NCBI RefSeq assembly: GCF_000150275.1
Contig: NW_002060948.1
Coordinates: forward strand, 4,510,336-4,574,335
DNA from: Trichoplax adhaerens
Taxonomy: Eukaryota > Animalia > Placozoa
Length of the DNA stretch: 64,000 nt
Direction: 5' to 3'
A program made the translations under genes and the position numbers. The notes beneath the pieces are model-generated. The model saw only the letters and a program-made list of their open reading frames with translations, ran no database searches and was not told the origin of the DNA. Of this stretch, positions 1 through 17,457 are shown one piece after another. Numbering within the stretch: the first letter of the stretch is position 1; every line of letters starts with the position of its first letter.

Positions 1-785
1 AGGGTTACATTCAGTAATTAAAAGTTACCGGTAATATCTCCGTCATATGATTTTTATGCTTATGGTATATAGGATTCCTATCATGCTGATAGGTAACATT
101 ATGAAATGTTTGAATCAGAATAGAATAACAATATTGAACAGGGCTAACGTCAATTTAGCTGATATCAGTAAACTATATGTTGTATATACATCTACTTCAT
201 CAATTCATAGAAAGCAAATTGTACTTTTAACAGTATACAATGAACTCTTTGGTCAAATGCAATGGTAACGGTTGTTATACTGCATAATTAGATATTGGGG
301 CGTTGAAAGTTTAATTATTTCTTGATTTTGATTGAATTCAGTCGCTCACATATTTCCATATTCCTATAGCATGGTAATTTGAAATATGTTAACTGATTTG
401 CTATGATTATGTAGTATTTTGTATTAAGTTGACTGATATAAAGCCTCATACATCAGGATGTTCATACACGAGTATGGTCTGAAGTTCTCGGATTAGCTAT
501 TACTCGATCTTTCTTGATTTTTCGTATAACTTACGCAGGTTATTCAGTAATGCAAATATAAAGATTAATAAAATGGGGTGGGTCTTTAACTATGGACTAT
601 ACAATACTAACATAATAAATAATTTCAATTACAAGATCTTAGCAATGAAAATATCAAAATTAATAAAATAGGGTTTACGGACGTAATTGGATATAATTTT
701 ATTTTTAACATTACGACATATTTATATTAAGCAGCTCTTATGATAACGTATTTGCTCAAAGAAATCTTACACCTAGTATACTTTA

Positions 786-3767
786 ATGGATAGTACAGAT
801 AATTGCGGTTGTCAATAGTTGAATGATTACTAATTATTATAGTACATTAGTATTATAGTATTAATAGGTCAATAATAAATTTATTCAAAATCGTATGCGT
901 ACAGTAAAAGTTAGCATATCTACAATGCCTTATTTACGGTTTGTACTTTAAGCTAAGCTAGAGACGAACCTTTGTAGGCTCTCTTTGTAGATTATCTTGT
1001 GAGTAGTACTAATAAAATCTGATCACGCTCCATCTCATCGTATTTAACGATACTATTACCAGAATTTAGGTATGCTAAGTCACGCCAACGGATCCCTTCT
1101 GAAAAGATAGCAACATCCCTAGGCCAGTTTTTCAAGTAAGGTTTTCTGGCATCATTCTGTATCTGAATTACTGTAATAAATTATTGCAATATTCATATAA
1201 TAATATTTGTTAATCAATTAAACAGTTGTAGAAGGAAAATGTAAAAGGCTGAGAAAGCCTTGTTAATTTTTACAAGGTCCAGATTACTGCTATTGTTTTT
1301 ACAGTCGTATTTTAAAATGAAAACATTAAGATTGTTATCACATTTTAATCAATTTTCTTATCTATAAAGTTTGATTCGTTCAGCAATTGGTAAAGAATTA
1401 TGGCGTGTTACAATGCCAATTCACTTTAACGAGCCATTGTCTCTGATGCAGGTAAATTGTGTAGTCGAAATATTTATACTTCTATACTCATTTGATATTA
1501 CATCTAATGATGTAAAAGCTATCGGAAAAACTATAGATACTACGGATAGTAATCTAATTATTATGGTGTATACTATATAGTCGATTCATCTGCTATGATA
1601 ACACAAAATAATCTAGAGTCTTAATATCATTTCAGAGAATCTGTGAAGATTTAGAATACGCATACTTACTGAATCAAGCTGCTGGTAATAAGATTGCTAT
1701 TATTGATTCGATCTTATGCAAATGTATCGTATCATAGAGTAATTGATTATAACATTACTGACGAGTTTACGTTTATGTCTGGTATCTGTAATTTTATCAG
1801 AATTATTATAAAACAAATGTAGGACTAATAATTATAACTTATTTACTAAAAGAATGCAAAGACTCTATGAGACGTCTAGCGTTGGTTACAGCTTTTGCCG
1901 TCTCGCCTTTCTCTACAACGATTGGAAGGTAAATGTGCTACCAATACAGTATTGTAAAATACTTACAATTATAGGATGTGATCTAGATCAACTGCTTTTT
2001 AATATTATCGTCATCATTGCACAATGCACACGTCACTATTATAAGAAAAAGAAAATTTTATCGAAATTTTTTATATTTCGTAGGTATAGTAAACCATTCA
2101 ATCCGCTACTTGGTGAAACGTTTGAGCTTATCGATGATAACTTGGATTATTGTTGTTTCTGTGAACAGGTAATTTAACATTTACAAGGCTATTAATAGTA
2201 ATGTATCTGCGTTTACTTTGGCAAATATTGTTATATTTTAGCTATTACATGAACCATAACAACAATTGCAAATTATTATCCATTGTAGGTTAGCCATCAT
2301 CCACCAGTCTTAGCTATGTATTGTGAAGGAAGAACCTGGAAATTATGGCAAGAATATAAGTTTGATTCTAAATTTCGTGGACAAGTGCGTTGTTTTGAAT
2401 CATTTATTCAGATTATACTTGCTAGTTTTACAAAATAATACTCTTTATATTTTAATATCACGTAGTTTCTACGCTTATCGCCTACTGGAGATGTCCATGT
2501 TAAATTCAAAGATAATCAACACCACTATTCGTGGAATAGACCAGATACTATTGTACATAACTTACTTATAGGATCTATGTGGGTTGATCAGGTACTCGTT
2601 ATAGCGCTAAGATACATAACTACCTTTGAAAGGAATTCTTAGCATTCAGATGATATCATAATTTGATTAAAATAGGATGGAATTGCTAAAATTACTAATT
2701 ATCAAACGCAAGAAATCTCTCTTATGGTTTATGATTCATGGAATAAAGCCGGAAGAAGTTACAAGAATGTAAAATGTAGGAAAACTGTTACGACTTCCGA
2801 AATCGAATTTTATTATTTACTAAATCTAATTTTTTAAATTTGCATTAGGTAAAGTTAGAGATGCAAAAGATAAGATTAAATTTGAATTAAATGGAGCGTG
2901 GGATTCCTATTTAGATTGCACCTCGGTATCAGGTATATATTCACGTATACTGCGTTAATATTGTTTATTCAACCTTCAAGATTAGAATAAAATCTTGAAT
3001 TTGATAGATATGAAAACTGAACGTCTTTGGACTATAGGAGAGAGACCGGCGGCATCTACCAGGTTGTATTTTAATCTCAGTATTGGAGGTATATGCGTAT
3101 GCTTTTAACATAATAAATGCTTAACGTTATTGATACAGAATGTATGGATTCACACGTTTTGCGATGAAACTTAATCAATTGCAGGAAGGTTAGATATACA
3201 ACCCTTCTTGGTGGAATATAATTAAATTATGTCTTAAATATACACTTTGTTGTTACATATTAGTTTTGATAGCTTTATCGATTAATAATTTCCATCGTAC
3301 TTGTAGGTGTTTGCCCCACGGATAGTAGGTGCAGACCTGATCAAAGGCTAATGGAAGAGGGAAAGGTATCCGTAGAAGTGTTTAAGTTACCTAGAATAAC
3401 CTAGAAATTAATTCTAACAATTATTTTCTTTATTTTATCACGCTGTGCTGTTAAGATACTGGAAGCTTCTAAAGAGAAGCATAGACTTGAAGAAAAGCAG
3501 CGTGCTGTCCGTCGGTATCGTGCAAATGAAAAGATAGAGTACAAGCCCAGGTGACTGCCTAAAAAATTAATATTGCTCTGGAAACTCTTACTAAAGTTTT
3601 AGAGTTTTGTAATCCTAGAATTATGCTTACTTTGACTTTCTAACATTATCAGGTGGTTCGTTATGAAGAAAGATCCAGATACCAATGAATATTACCACAT
3701 GTATGCTGGAGGATACTGGAAAGCCAGATTAGATGGAAACTTTATAGATATTCCGGAAATATTTTAA
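786..3767 (+). CDS. OSBP: Oxysterol-binding protein family member (OSBP-related ligand-binding domain), about 15 exons
   Basis: Spliced by eye at GT-AG. Approximate exons: 786-807 (tentative ATG), 1063-1135, 1370-1451, 1636-1684, 1853-1928, 2084-2168, 2289-2384, 2466-2591, 2676-2775, 2849-2932, 3008-3062, 3139-3188, 3307-3365, 3456-3550, 3653-3767. Translation gives [42 protein letters not shown], the OSBP fingerprint EQ|VSHHPP, HNLLIGSMWVDQ, PTDSRCRPDQRLMEEG, EKHRLEEKQR, and GGYWKAR...IPEIF* (TAA 3765-3767). The symbol is family-level and the 5' end is uncertain. Confidence 0.93.
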
Positions 3768-5525
3768 TTTAAATACAAAATTGGTTCATGATGTTTATTG
3801 AATTTTCTTGCTTTCGCACGAAGCTCGATTTCTTTTGCTATTCAATTTATGTTTATTTACAATATCACATACTATAGTCACATTTTAATTAATCATCTGC
3901 GTACATACAAGTATACAACACCTATTTTATGCCATGCGAATTGATTTGTTTATAAAACTTACAATTTACTTAATTTTAAAATTTATTGCAATACACTAAA
4001 GCTGACGGATCGTAACACATGTCCATTGCACTTTAGAATATTGATCTCGCTACTAAACGAATGCGATAAACGTTTAACTGCTAATGTTACATTTTCTGTA
4101 ACCAAAATATACTGTAATAATAAGATTACATATCAATTTCTTTAATGACTTTTAACGATTTATGTAATGACTGTTGTTTAATACCAAAGATGATACTGTG
4201 TACAAACTAAATTTAAATTTAAATTTCGTATATCGACACTATAATTGCATATTCTATGATTAATGCTGCTAGTACGAGACGGTTCATTCATGCTTAAGGC
4301 ACATTTATGAATAAAGATCCTTAAAAAATTTACTGGAACCCATCACCAAAGTAATTACGAATTGTAATATAACATATAGCATTACTGTAAACTGCTCATT
4401 AGGTAATGACCGCGTTACGCTTGGTTAACTAAGTTAATCAGACTGCACAGATAATAAGCGATATAAAATGCTTCAAGTACGTAGTATCTGTTAATTAAAT
4501 TAGTAGTTTTTACTGATAATAAAGGAGTGACTTAAGCAATTTCCATTTTTCATAGCGCCCTTAGTTTTGTTTCTTCTAATTCCCTGGTAAATATACTTAT
4601 CAAATCTCATTACAACAATTGTTTTGTCTCATTTTAGACAGACTTATACTTACATGTTTAAATTTATCAATTAGATAATACTATTAACGTGTACAAATCT
4701 TCTTTACTCGTTTATTTTAGTCCAATGCTTTAGTTATAGCAAATACATTACAGTACGTTGCTATTTTAATATTTAGATAACGAGCAGGTGCGTAATAATT
4801 TATACTGTAATTTGCTTTACAAATATTCTTTTGAGAGTGCAAATGTGCGTATGTACATGTAATTATTGTCCAAAGAGAGATAGACTAAGAAATCATCTTG
4901 TGCGCAAGCTGTTAATTTTCGGAATAATGATTGATTGATTTACAGATTGCTACACTCAGAAATGTCGCATCATCGGTCGTTTGATAGCCAATATAAAATA
5001 AGATTTACGTATATGTATTTAGTAAAATTCAGCTGATAAATAATATCAACTTCTCTTGAGATTTACCATTCTATAGACTGGAAACGAGAGGCCAGAAAGA
5101 TCAATCTCGCACTTCTATTTTACCTTATCATCTATCTTATAGGTGAATAGAGTGCAAATATAACGATCACAATTTTAACCCTTAAAAAAAAGTATCAGGT
5201 TTTCATAAGTTATTCTAATTATTTATTAAGTATGCCAACATAGTAGAGATGTCTAGCTACAACGCTACTAATCTCACATAAGTCGTAATTACCTTTCGCT
5301 ATAAATAAACACACGATAAATTCAATATGGATATTGGTGCCATAAGCAAAGTTTTTATTTGCATGAATGTTAATCCTAAAAATTAGCGAATGATTCTTGT
5401 AATAACTGAAGTGTTTTAAATTCTAATCGGTAAGGCTTAAAATATCCTTTAACCTGAATTGTAACAAATTTTAAAGAAATTAAAAGATATTTAGATTGCG
5501 ACCATTGCTGTCATACAATTCACGA

Positions 5526-8885
<3,360 letters not shown>

Positions 8886-9345
8886 TTATCCAAGGTATTT
8901 GATTAAGCCTAGCATTTAGCATTGGTTGATTGATTTGCTCGTCACGTACACGTCCATCAACTACTACAGTAGCAAAAGTCCTCTTTCTTGCCTAGTTACA
9001 TAGCCTAAAAACTTGTGCTGGACTACTGACATCTATTGCTAACACCATTATTAGAATTACAACAATGACACTCTACTAATGTGATCTATCGCCATGATCG
9101 CTTTAACTACTGCAATATTGTACGGTATTGCACTGTTTACTATAGTGATTAGTGGGATCAAAGGCTGCCCTGCAGTATTTTCATCCATCAAATAACTGAT
9201 GCAGCATATCTGGGTTACAATCGCTTAAGATTCTAGTTCATTCAATTGTAAAATTAGCATCATTATTGGGATAAATTCAATGATTAATACCATACTATTG
9301 GAAACATTCTATATCGAAAGAGAGAGAAGCATTTGTACAAAATGA

Positions 9346-9463
9346 TACCTGGTGACAGTGATGATCGGTCAGGAAAATGAGCTGGAACTCTTCAGTGGCA
9401 GCAATCCGAACGGGAGACTGGGTCACTAATGAGCTACAGCTGGGCTCAGCAGCCTATATATAC
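9346..9463 (-). promoter_or_regulatory. Enolase core promoter (TATA + Inr) and non-coding first exon
   Basis: Minus strand TATATATAG at 9462-9454 and an Inr-like TCATT with its A at 9430 (about 30-32 nt spacing). A CAG|GTATC donor near 9347 would splice to the acceptor just upstream of ATG 8825. Confidence 0.6.
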
Positions 9464-9635
9464 AGTACAGGGCGTCGGGGAAAGTCTGGACACATTTTAT
9501 TTGGCTTTGTATGAAAAATGTGTCCAGATTTTGTCACGTATATATGTTCTACCTATTGACTGAGCAGGCGCAGCATGGCCAAAACAGAGAAAAATCGGTG
9601 CGTACGCGGGTAGTAAATGAATGTCGTCCTTGGTC

Positions 9636-10050
9636 GTACTGTCGGTACATAGTGTACAGTGCATAGTACACCGTATAGCAGTACAGTACAGTATAGTGCG
9701 TGAGTGAGTACTGCACACTGCACAGTATTGCAACTCGACACGGTAATGGGGTGACATCATTTTGTACAGACTCTGTAGAGTACAATGTACGCTGTACAGT
9801 ACTGTAGTTACAGTATAATCTCTTCAGTACAGTACAGTACAGTACTGTACGGACACAGTGTACAGTACTGTATAGTACAGTGTACAGTACACTCACTGTA
9901 CTGTACTGTACAGTATTGTGACTGAGTGAGTACTGTACACTGTATAGTATTGCTACTCGACACGGTAATCAACGGTGCAATACTGTATTACTTTTATTAA
10001 GCTCTCCATCTCATTCGCGGAAAGAATAACGTACAGTACTGTACACTGTA
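9636..10050. repeat. Low-complexity palindromic (CAGTA)n/(TACTG)n repeat field containing a 47-bp direct repeat
   Basis: Dense TACAGTACTGTA-type words. TGAGTGAGTACTGyACACTGyAyAGTATTGCwACTCGACACGGTAAT occurs at 9701-9747 and 9923-9969 (4 mismatches). Confidence 0.85.
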
Positions 10051-13000
10051 CAGTGTACAGTATAGCAGTATGCCTTTCAGTAGATGGAAGTTAAATGATT
10101 ATTTGATGTGACGTAATCCTATTGTAGAAATTGCGCAATGATGAATGGACGTGGCATTGTTGACAGACGGACAGCAAACTGGATGGTGTGCAAAAGCTCG
10201 CCGCCGTATATCGTAAATTAAGAGGGTTAATGAATTTCTATAATAGCGTACTTTTTCCACGTTGTGAATCTCGATTTATACCGATGATATATCCATGTAA
10301 TGATTTCAGCTAATTACAGTAGTTATGAAGTAGAAATTACAGTGATACATGTGATGTAGAACTGTGCATCTCAATAAAATAAGGATAATTTTATTAATCA
10401 TGACTTTACTATCTAACCTACTGTACTGTATCTTGCCTTCCTTATTAATACAAGTTGTACTGTACAATCGAACCAGCAATGGCTCGCCTATTAGTCCTCC
10501 AGTGTAGTCGTGAAAGAATCTAGCATTGATGTTGTGGGTATGAAAACTGTTATGTATGATAGACTGGTAATGTCTAGGAATTAGGGCAGATAAATTGCAT
10601 AGCTGCCTAACTGATAAGATAGCCGTATGATACTGATATCGTAACTGTATTGATACGTTCACTAGTAATTTACTAATACGTATGTAATATATATATCACT
10701 TGTGGGAAAGGCAACCCAGAATAAAGTAGTGGACTCCAAGCATCAGGCTACTTTGCTGTGTCTAACCGAGCATTGCATGATTGACCTAGGGTCGCGATAG
10801 AGAACATAACGAAAACTATAGCTATTTGTAGCAGAGGTTATGACAATATTAACTGCAGTAAGCTATGGCTTACTAGAGTTCAATGTGGCGAGTATTTTTA
10901 TCATTAATTAATGCTAATCAAATGCTATCAATTCTTACTGAATGCATAGTACTAACACTGTCAACTAGCTTAGAAATAAGCTACCGTATTCGCTACGTGG
11001 TTGTCAATACAATTAAAACGAAGCCAGACTACTTGATACATCGTTGGTACACTTACCTGCCAGGTACAAACGATAGTAAAATAGAGATTAAGCATAGAGA
11101 TTTCGTAATATTAATCTTTAACCAGAGTATATGAATTGCTACAGCACAAGAATGAGTAACAGCTGCGTGGTATGTTGATGCGTTCGGTTATGTTAAAATT
11201 GCAAAATCCACTACATACTGTTAAGCTATACTTATAACCAGTTTATAACTGCAGTACTAATCTTCCGAAGGGCTACTTATATACTTGTTACGGTAGGGAT
11301 ATCGTAAAGATAAAAATAAATTATTAATGTCTACCAGAATAATTGCTAATTAATAGAATAGTATTATTATGATATTAATAAAAAGGGTTAATGGAAATAT
11401 GATTAAATTGTAAATTACCAGCAATGGTTACAATGATAGAGACTGATTAAAAATTATGGCATTAATGGAAATTTAGAGTGATAGAATTTAAAACGATTGT
11501 TTTCGTACATTAGCGAGAGAGAGTATGCCTAGCTGTTAATGGCCGAATTGAATAGCGAGTAAAATGAATTAATAGGATTGCATCTCATATAAATCGATGT
11601 TAGATTTATCTTAATAGAAACTAAACTATATAATTTATATGTGTTCTGAATATCACTTATGTATGTGCTAATCTTGTTAAAGATGTATAAGAGCTTCAGA
11701 ATTAACTATCAAGATAGAAGAGGTAGATGAATCTGTAGTAAAAGTATTTTTTAATAAAGGCTTATACCTAATGCGGAGCAGTGTTTACATGGCTAAGGTA
11801 GTTTGACTAGGTCGTAGTGACTAGAGACACTTAGCAGCAATAAACTTGGGACTAGTTATACGCGTACTTTTAAATTTAGAAAATTATGCTTGTTCAAATT
11901 ATGGTTGTAACAATACTTTAAATATGGAAGTTCATTCCAGATGGTTTCTGTTGTAAAATATAATATTATACGCGTAGATTATAATTTGGCATGACTTGTA
12001 CATTTGTAATCGGTACTGATGTAAGCATGTGCTAGAGGTATACATATATGCATGTAGATTGTAGAGAGATGCTAGTTTTTGCGTTACTCTGTGTTGTGTA
12101 AAAGTGAAGAACGGAAAGATTTCCACTTCTACCTGAAAGGAATTTGTCTACTTCTGATCTATGCTGCTATATCTAATATACTGTATATATACGACAGTTT
12201 TATTAAGAAAATCCGGCGCTAAATACTTTCTAATCTGTTAATATCAAATACATACAAATTAACCTTAATCGCTGACATTACTAACCAATCCTTTCATCTA
12301 AATGAATTAAGAGATACATAGATTCGCAGCGATTTTAGCAATTATGCAAACTATGCAAGGTATATTTTAAGAAACAAAAAGAAATTTTTAGATGTTGTTC
12401 GCGTATATCTGATAATAGAAAATGATGCAGAGGGAATATATTTGACAGCATAATCAAGGGCCAAGATTTAATATATAATAAGATCAAAAGGAATAGATGG
12501 TTCGAAGATTATATCGTAGCTCTTTGATAACAAAGTAAGAATTTATTGGAATTCGACTTGATAAAACTTATATAACAGATGAAAAATAATTTCATTCACC
12601 ATATCAATATCATCCAATACTATAATTGCACTATTAAAATGCCATACTTTGAACAATACAATATACAATTTAGAAGAATTATTCTATTATACATAGATCA
12701 AAAATACGTATTTCACCATGTAGTATTGTCCTATAAGAGGCTATACGACAGTGTATTGAATTAGAATGTTTCACATCATGGTAAGAATCCATTTTGATTA
12801 TGCTATATATCTGTATTTCGCTCTTTGAATGGGCATGTTTGCTAATCTACAAATAATACTTTATTATGGCATTATTTTTGATAGAAATACTTTACTGTTC
12901 ATCAACCAATGCTAACTTTGCAATATTCAATCATTTGGTAGGGCATAGTACGTTGTAAACACATTTGAGAACCACTTTCCAACCAACCAGATTCTAATCC

Positions 13001-16000
13001 AAGATACTCTATCATAAATTAATTAATAATCAATTCCCTTACAATCCTATAGACTATAATTGTGTTACTATTTAAAAAATAAAACAATTTTAATCCTTAA
13101 GATATACGTCATCAAATACAGTTTGTTAAATTAAATGTTTAAATCTCAGTGTACGAGCATTTATTATTCAATCTTCGTCTAATTAAAATATTGATTTTCT
13201 GCATTGCAATATAATACATCACAGACATTGTCACGGTACGCCGTTACTAATTAAGTAACTGTAAATTAATGAATGCTTATGAATAGATAAGATAAGGTTA
13301 TGTGCTATGTTTTAATGCGCTTGTAGCTTATAATAGGATGGTAGAAATGAGATAAAAATAGAAGTTGTTAGCAGTTAATTTACTGTAGGTTTATAAGTTG
13401 TGTTAATCTCTAAAAATTGAGCTGTATATGGACGAAGGTTAAGCGTCTTAACACCTGATAGCTTGTAGCTATCTAAGTCTGAGAATATCGACATGTATAT
13501 TTAGTAATGGTATTATACTAATTAATGTAACTTGCAAAGCATGAATTCTCACTCGTTAATATTGGAATTCACTGTAGAAACCTATTTAAGCGCGTGTGTT
13601 TGTAGAATAAAAACAGTAATTGCTCAAGAAACGGCAAGACTCATATCGTGAAGAATAGTGTAATAATTAGTCAGTTGTCTGTGGAGATCAGCCGAGAAAT
13701 CGAGTTCTCAAATACTTCTCTCATAGAAACTGAAAGTACTGGGAGAAATAGCCCAAGTTTTAAGTAACTACACTAGAGTTCTTTACTTTCCTTTGCCACA
13801 AGTGAGGGTTGTGACAGACATAAAATAAAATAGTTATGTAAAGATTAATATTATTAATCTGCAGTACGACATATTGTCTATTTTTTTCTCCGAAATTTTA
13901 GTCTCAAATCATTAAGAAGAAAAATAGTAATTATCGATTGACATTCTACGTCGAATGATCCAAATAAAACTATTAGCAAAAACGAAGTTCCAATAGTAGA
14001 TACAAGCAATTAATTAAACTCATTGGCTTTCAAGTTATGTACGACATCTTGATTTTAAATATGCCAGTTAATGAATAAATACAGAATTAGGCATAATGTA
14101 TTCAACATTTTATTTCTGTAAGATATGCCATAGTAGGTCTTTCATAATCTTAACTTTTCTTACGCATACTGCAAGTCACGGATTGAACTGAAAGCTTGCC
14201 TCAAAATATCGTCATTAATTTTTTTCATTACAGAGTCTGATAGGTTTTAAATTATCTTTAACAAAGCATATAGAAGCATGAAATATAATTAATATTTCAA
14301 ATAATGTCTACCTTAAGTATAATTGAAGTCGATAAAAATGCTGCCACATCGATTTAAGCAAAGAATAAAAGGAATTCGATAAAGGATATATGTATTCTAG
14401 TCACGTAATATTTACTAGCTGAGTAATAAAGTTAAACAATTTTTAGATATTAGGAAAAATTTTTAAATCCTTACCTGGTATTTCATAAATCTTAGTGTAG
14501 TCATTATACGAGTAAATTGATAATAAGAAATTACAGATGTTAAAATATATAATTTAAATAAAGTCTCTATAACCAGATTTAATATGCTATACTTGGCTTT
14601 TATGCATTACACCTATATTGTTGGAATGAGCTTTAACTCAAATTCACTATAGACCTTTAAATGCAGCATCAATTAATTGAAAAAATTTGTAGATCACTAG
14701 AATTATGTCAGTTAAAAATAACGGCTGATTAGGTTTCCAGATGCATACTCGTAAAAGAGATTTAGTTGCAATTTCATTTTCGTAATTCCAATAATTTAAA
14801 AATGGCATTAAGAAAGCATATCAAAACGAACGCAATCTAAATGACTTCAATTTGATTTATTTTGATACGTTACCAATCGTGTTTGGCGCAGGTGTGATTC
14901 GGTTAAATTAATTAATTAATAACGAAAATATTTATTGCAGATAAAATATGACATAAAAGATATTAACAAACGATGGATACGCCTTTCGCGTCATAAAATA
15001 TTATTGATAGTAAATAGCAGCTGATGATAACTAAATTTGTTAAGGGTTCTAGAATCTGAATGGCATCAATTATAATTCCATCACCTGATATGATGCATTG
15101 CGTAATGTTAATAATGTATTCATGATAAAAGTTGACTTAATAAGAAATCTCTAGTTATAATTAGCGTAAGTTACAATATGATCTATAAGGGATCAAAGTT
15201 CAATAATTTTTTTCTTTTCATTAATAATACGATAGTATATTTTAAGAATATGTGCAATACTTGAGCAATAAGCTCTACCGGCACCTAATAATTAATATTC
15301 TTAAATTTTTTACTCACGAATGAAAACTTACTTTATTTTCTATTATTAAAGAAAGTTGCTTTAGTATATCTAAACCCATTCAACTGACTCCACCTCTACA
15401 GCATAAAATAATATCCTTAAATAAAGTAGTAGTCTTTCTTAAGTGTTGGTAGTCTAACAACTACGCTAACAATGCCATTGCAGTACAGTACTTGAAATAT
15501 AGAATATTAAAAATTACGTGTCATGTTCGCATTTATGCTTTTATTATCTTCTCCATGTGAACTTGAATGGCGTATGTTAAACTAATTTTTAATGCCCAAC
15601 TCTTGTATTGTTATACACTTACTGAAATCTTATATGATTTCTTTGTTTAGCACTGCTCATCTGCAGCGCCAGTGCAAATCTTCTGATCTACACGTATACT
15701 GCTACTCTCAGATGATAAATATTATCGAGCTACGTACTAAAATTTGTAATAATTCTACCTTAAAGTAAGAATGTTTTATCGTGAGGCATACTGTATATTA
15801 TACAATAGTAAGTCAGCATAAAATTTTTATTATTAGGTAAAGTAGTTTTTAAGTAAAATTAGTAGAAGAAAATAAGATTTGCAATCGCATTAAATAGAAA
15901 AAAATACCTGATGTCGGTACTGTAATAATATTTTGTTATTATAACAGTTTTAATTAACGTATGATAATGAAAATAACCTAAAAATTATTAAAATCTTAAA

Positions 16001-17457
16001 ATATATAATCATACAGGATTCTTTTTATTAAATGCGATATTTGCCTTGTAGAGATAGCACAAATTAGAATTTTTATCAATGATAATTGAGTATAGTATAG
16101 AATACTTATGATTTTATACCCCGCACTTTAATTGGCTAGACGACATTCAGTCTACAATTAATTAAAAAAAATTCTATATCGAGTGTTTTAAGTAAGGATA
16201 ATTACATTTCATGGCTATTATTATTGTTATATAATTTATTCGTTCAGTTTAAGTCAAAATATGTATCTCCGTTAGTTAATAAGCATTCCAATGCAACTTC
16301 TACTGATCTTTACATTATGATTTTCTTATATGCAAACGCTACATAATATCCGGAGTAAAACTAGAAAGATATTCAGACTAAATTATTCTATTTTATTTAG
16401 CAGTAGTAATATAAAAATTACAGTACATAAAGAGTACTCATTATTTTCGGCGAAATAGTTCTTTAACTCTTGCGTATAAAAGATAATGAAAGATACAAAA
16501 TTTGAGATCAATTATAGGTATAAAATAATGACAGGATTCTATTTCTTGTATAAAGAATTAATTAAGCAATCAATTACTAATACTAGTAAATTCCTTAGAT
16601 ACAGTACGGATTTAAAACAATGAATGAGTAATAAGAAAATTCGTGATACTCTTAATAGTAGCTTGCACGTATTTACATAGTTATCTCAAATTATTAAATA
16701 GCTTTGCGAAATAACTTATTAACATAGTTCAGTGAATAATTAAATTCCCTTCAAGCCTACAATACCGATTTTTGTGAGAAAGACCTGACATGGGTAACCT
16801 TTGAATATGATATTATACTCGAAATCACTATGCCAAATAATGATTTAAAATGGCAAGTATTGTCACTCACTAAAATTATCTGCTCTATATAAATGATATA
16901 TTATCATAAAGCAAGAGCAAGCAACGCTATATAGCAGTCATTTGAATAAGGAATTGTGTTAATGTTTAGGAATAGTTGATGATCTAAACCTTAGACCATA
17001 AGTTTTTTTGATACAAAGAGTAATGTAACCTCGTTTTGACATATATGTAGAAAGAATTTATTAATTCATTCAGATTACTAATAGAATTGGCAATATATAT
17101 TCAGTTGTTATATTGAATGGATTTATGGCACAAAATCATAAATTTCTATGTATTTGTACAAAATATTTAACATATGCACATTTATACATTAAATTTTTCT
17201 TTACAATAATGTACAGAGTGAATGTATAACAGTCATGCAGGCGGAAGATGGTATTTTTAAGTCACAAATTGAATAGAAATTAACAGTATAAAGTAATAGA
17301 AAGTCATATCTGAACAGGATTAACTTATATGTAATATATACGTGATATCTTTGGAATGGTACTTATAGTACTGTAATCATTTTCATTTTGTGGATATTTT
17401 ATGAGTAGTTTTTTTTCATCATTAAGATGTAATTATATATATACAGTAATAGTAATA

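Noticed and set aside
9497-9896. Three overlapping minus-strand ORFs rich in Y/C/T/V
   Set aside because: They are translations of the CAGTA/TACTG repeat.
10218-10230. piggyBac-like end (TTAA CCCT on the minus strand)
   Set aside because: No matching opposite terminus was found.
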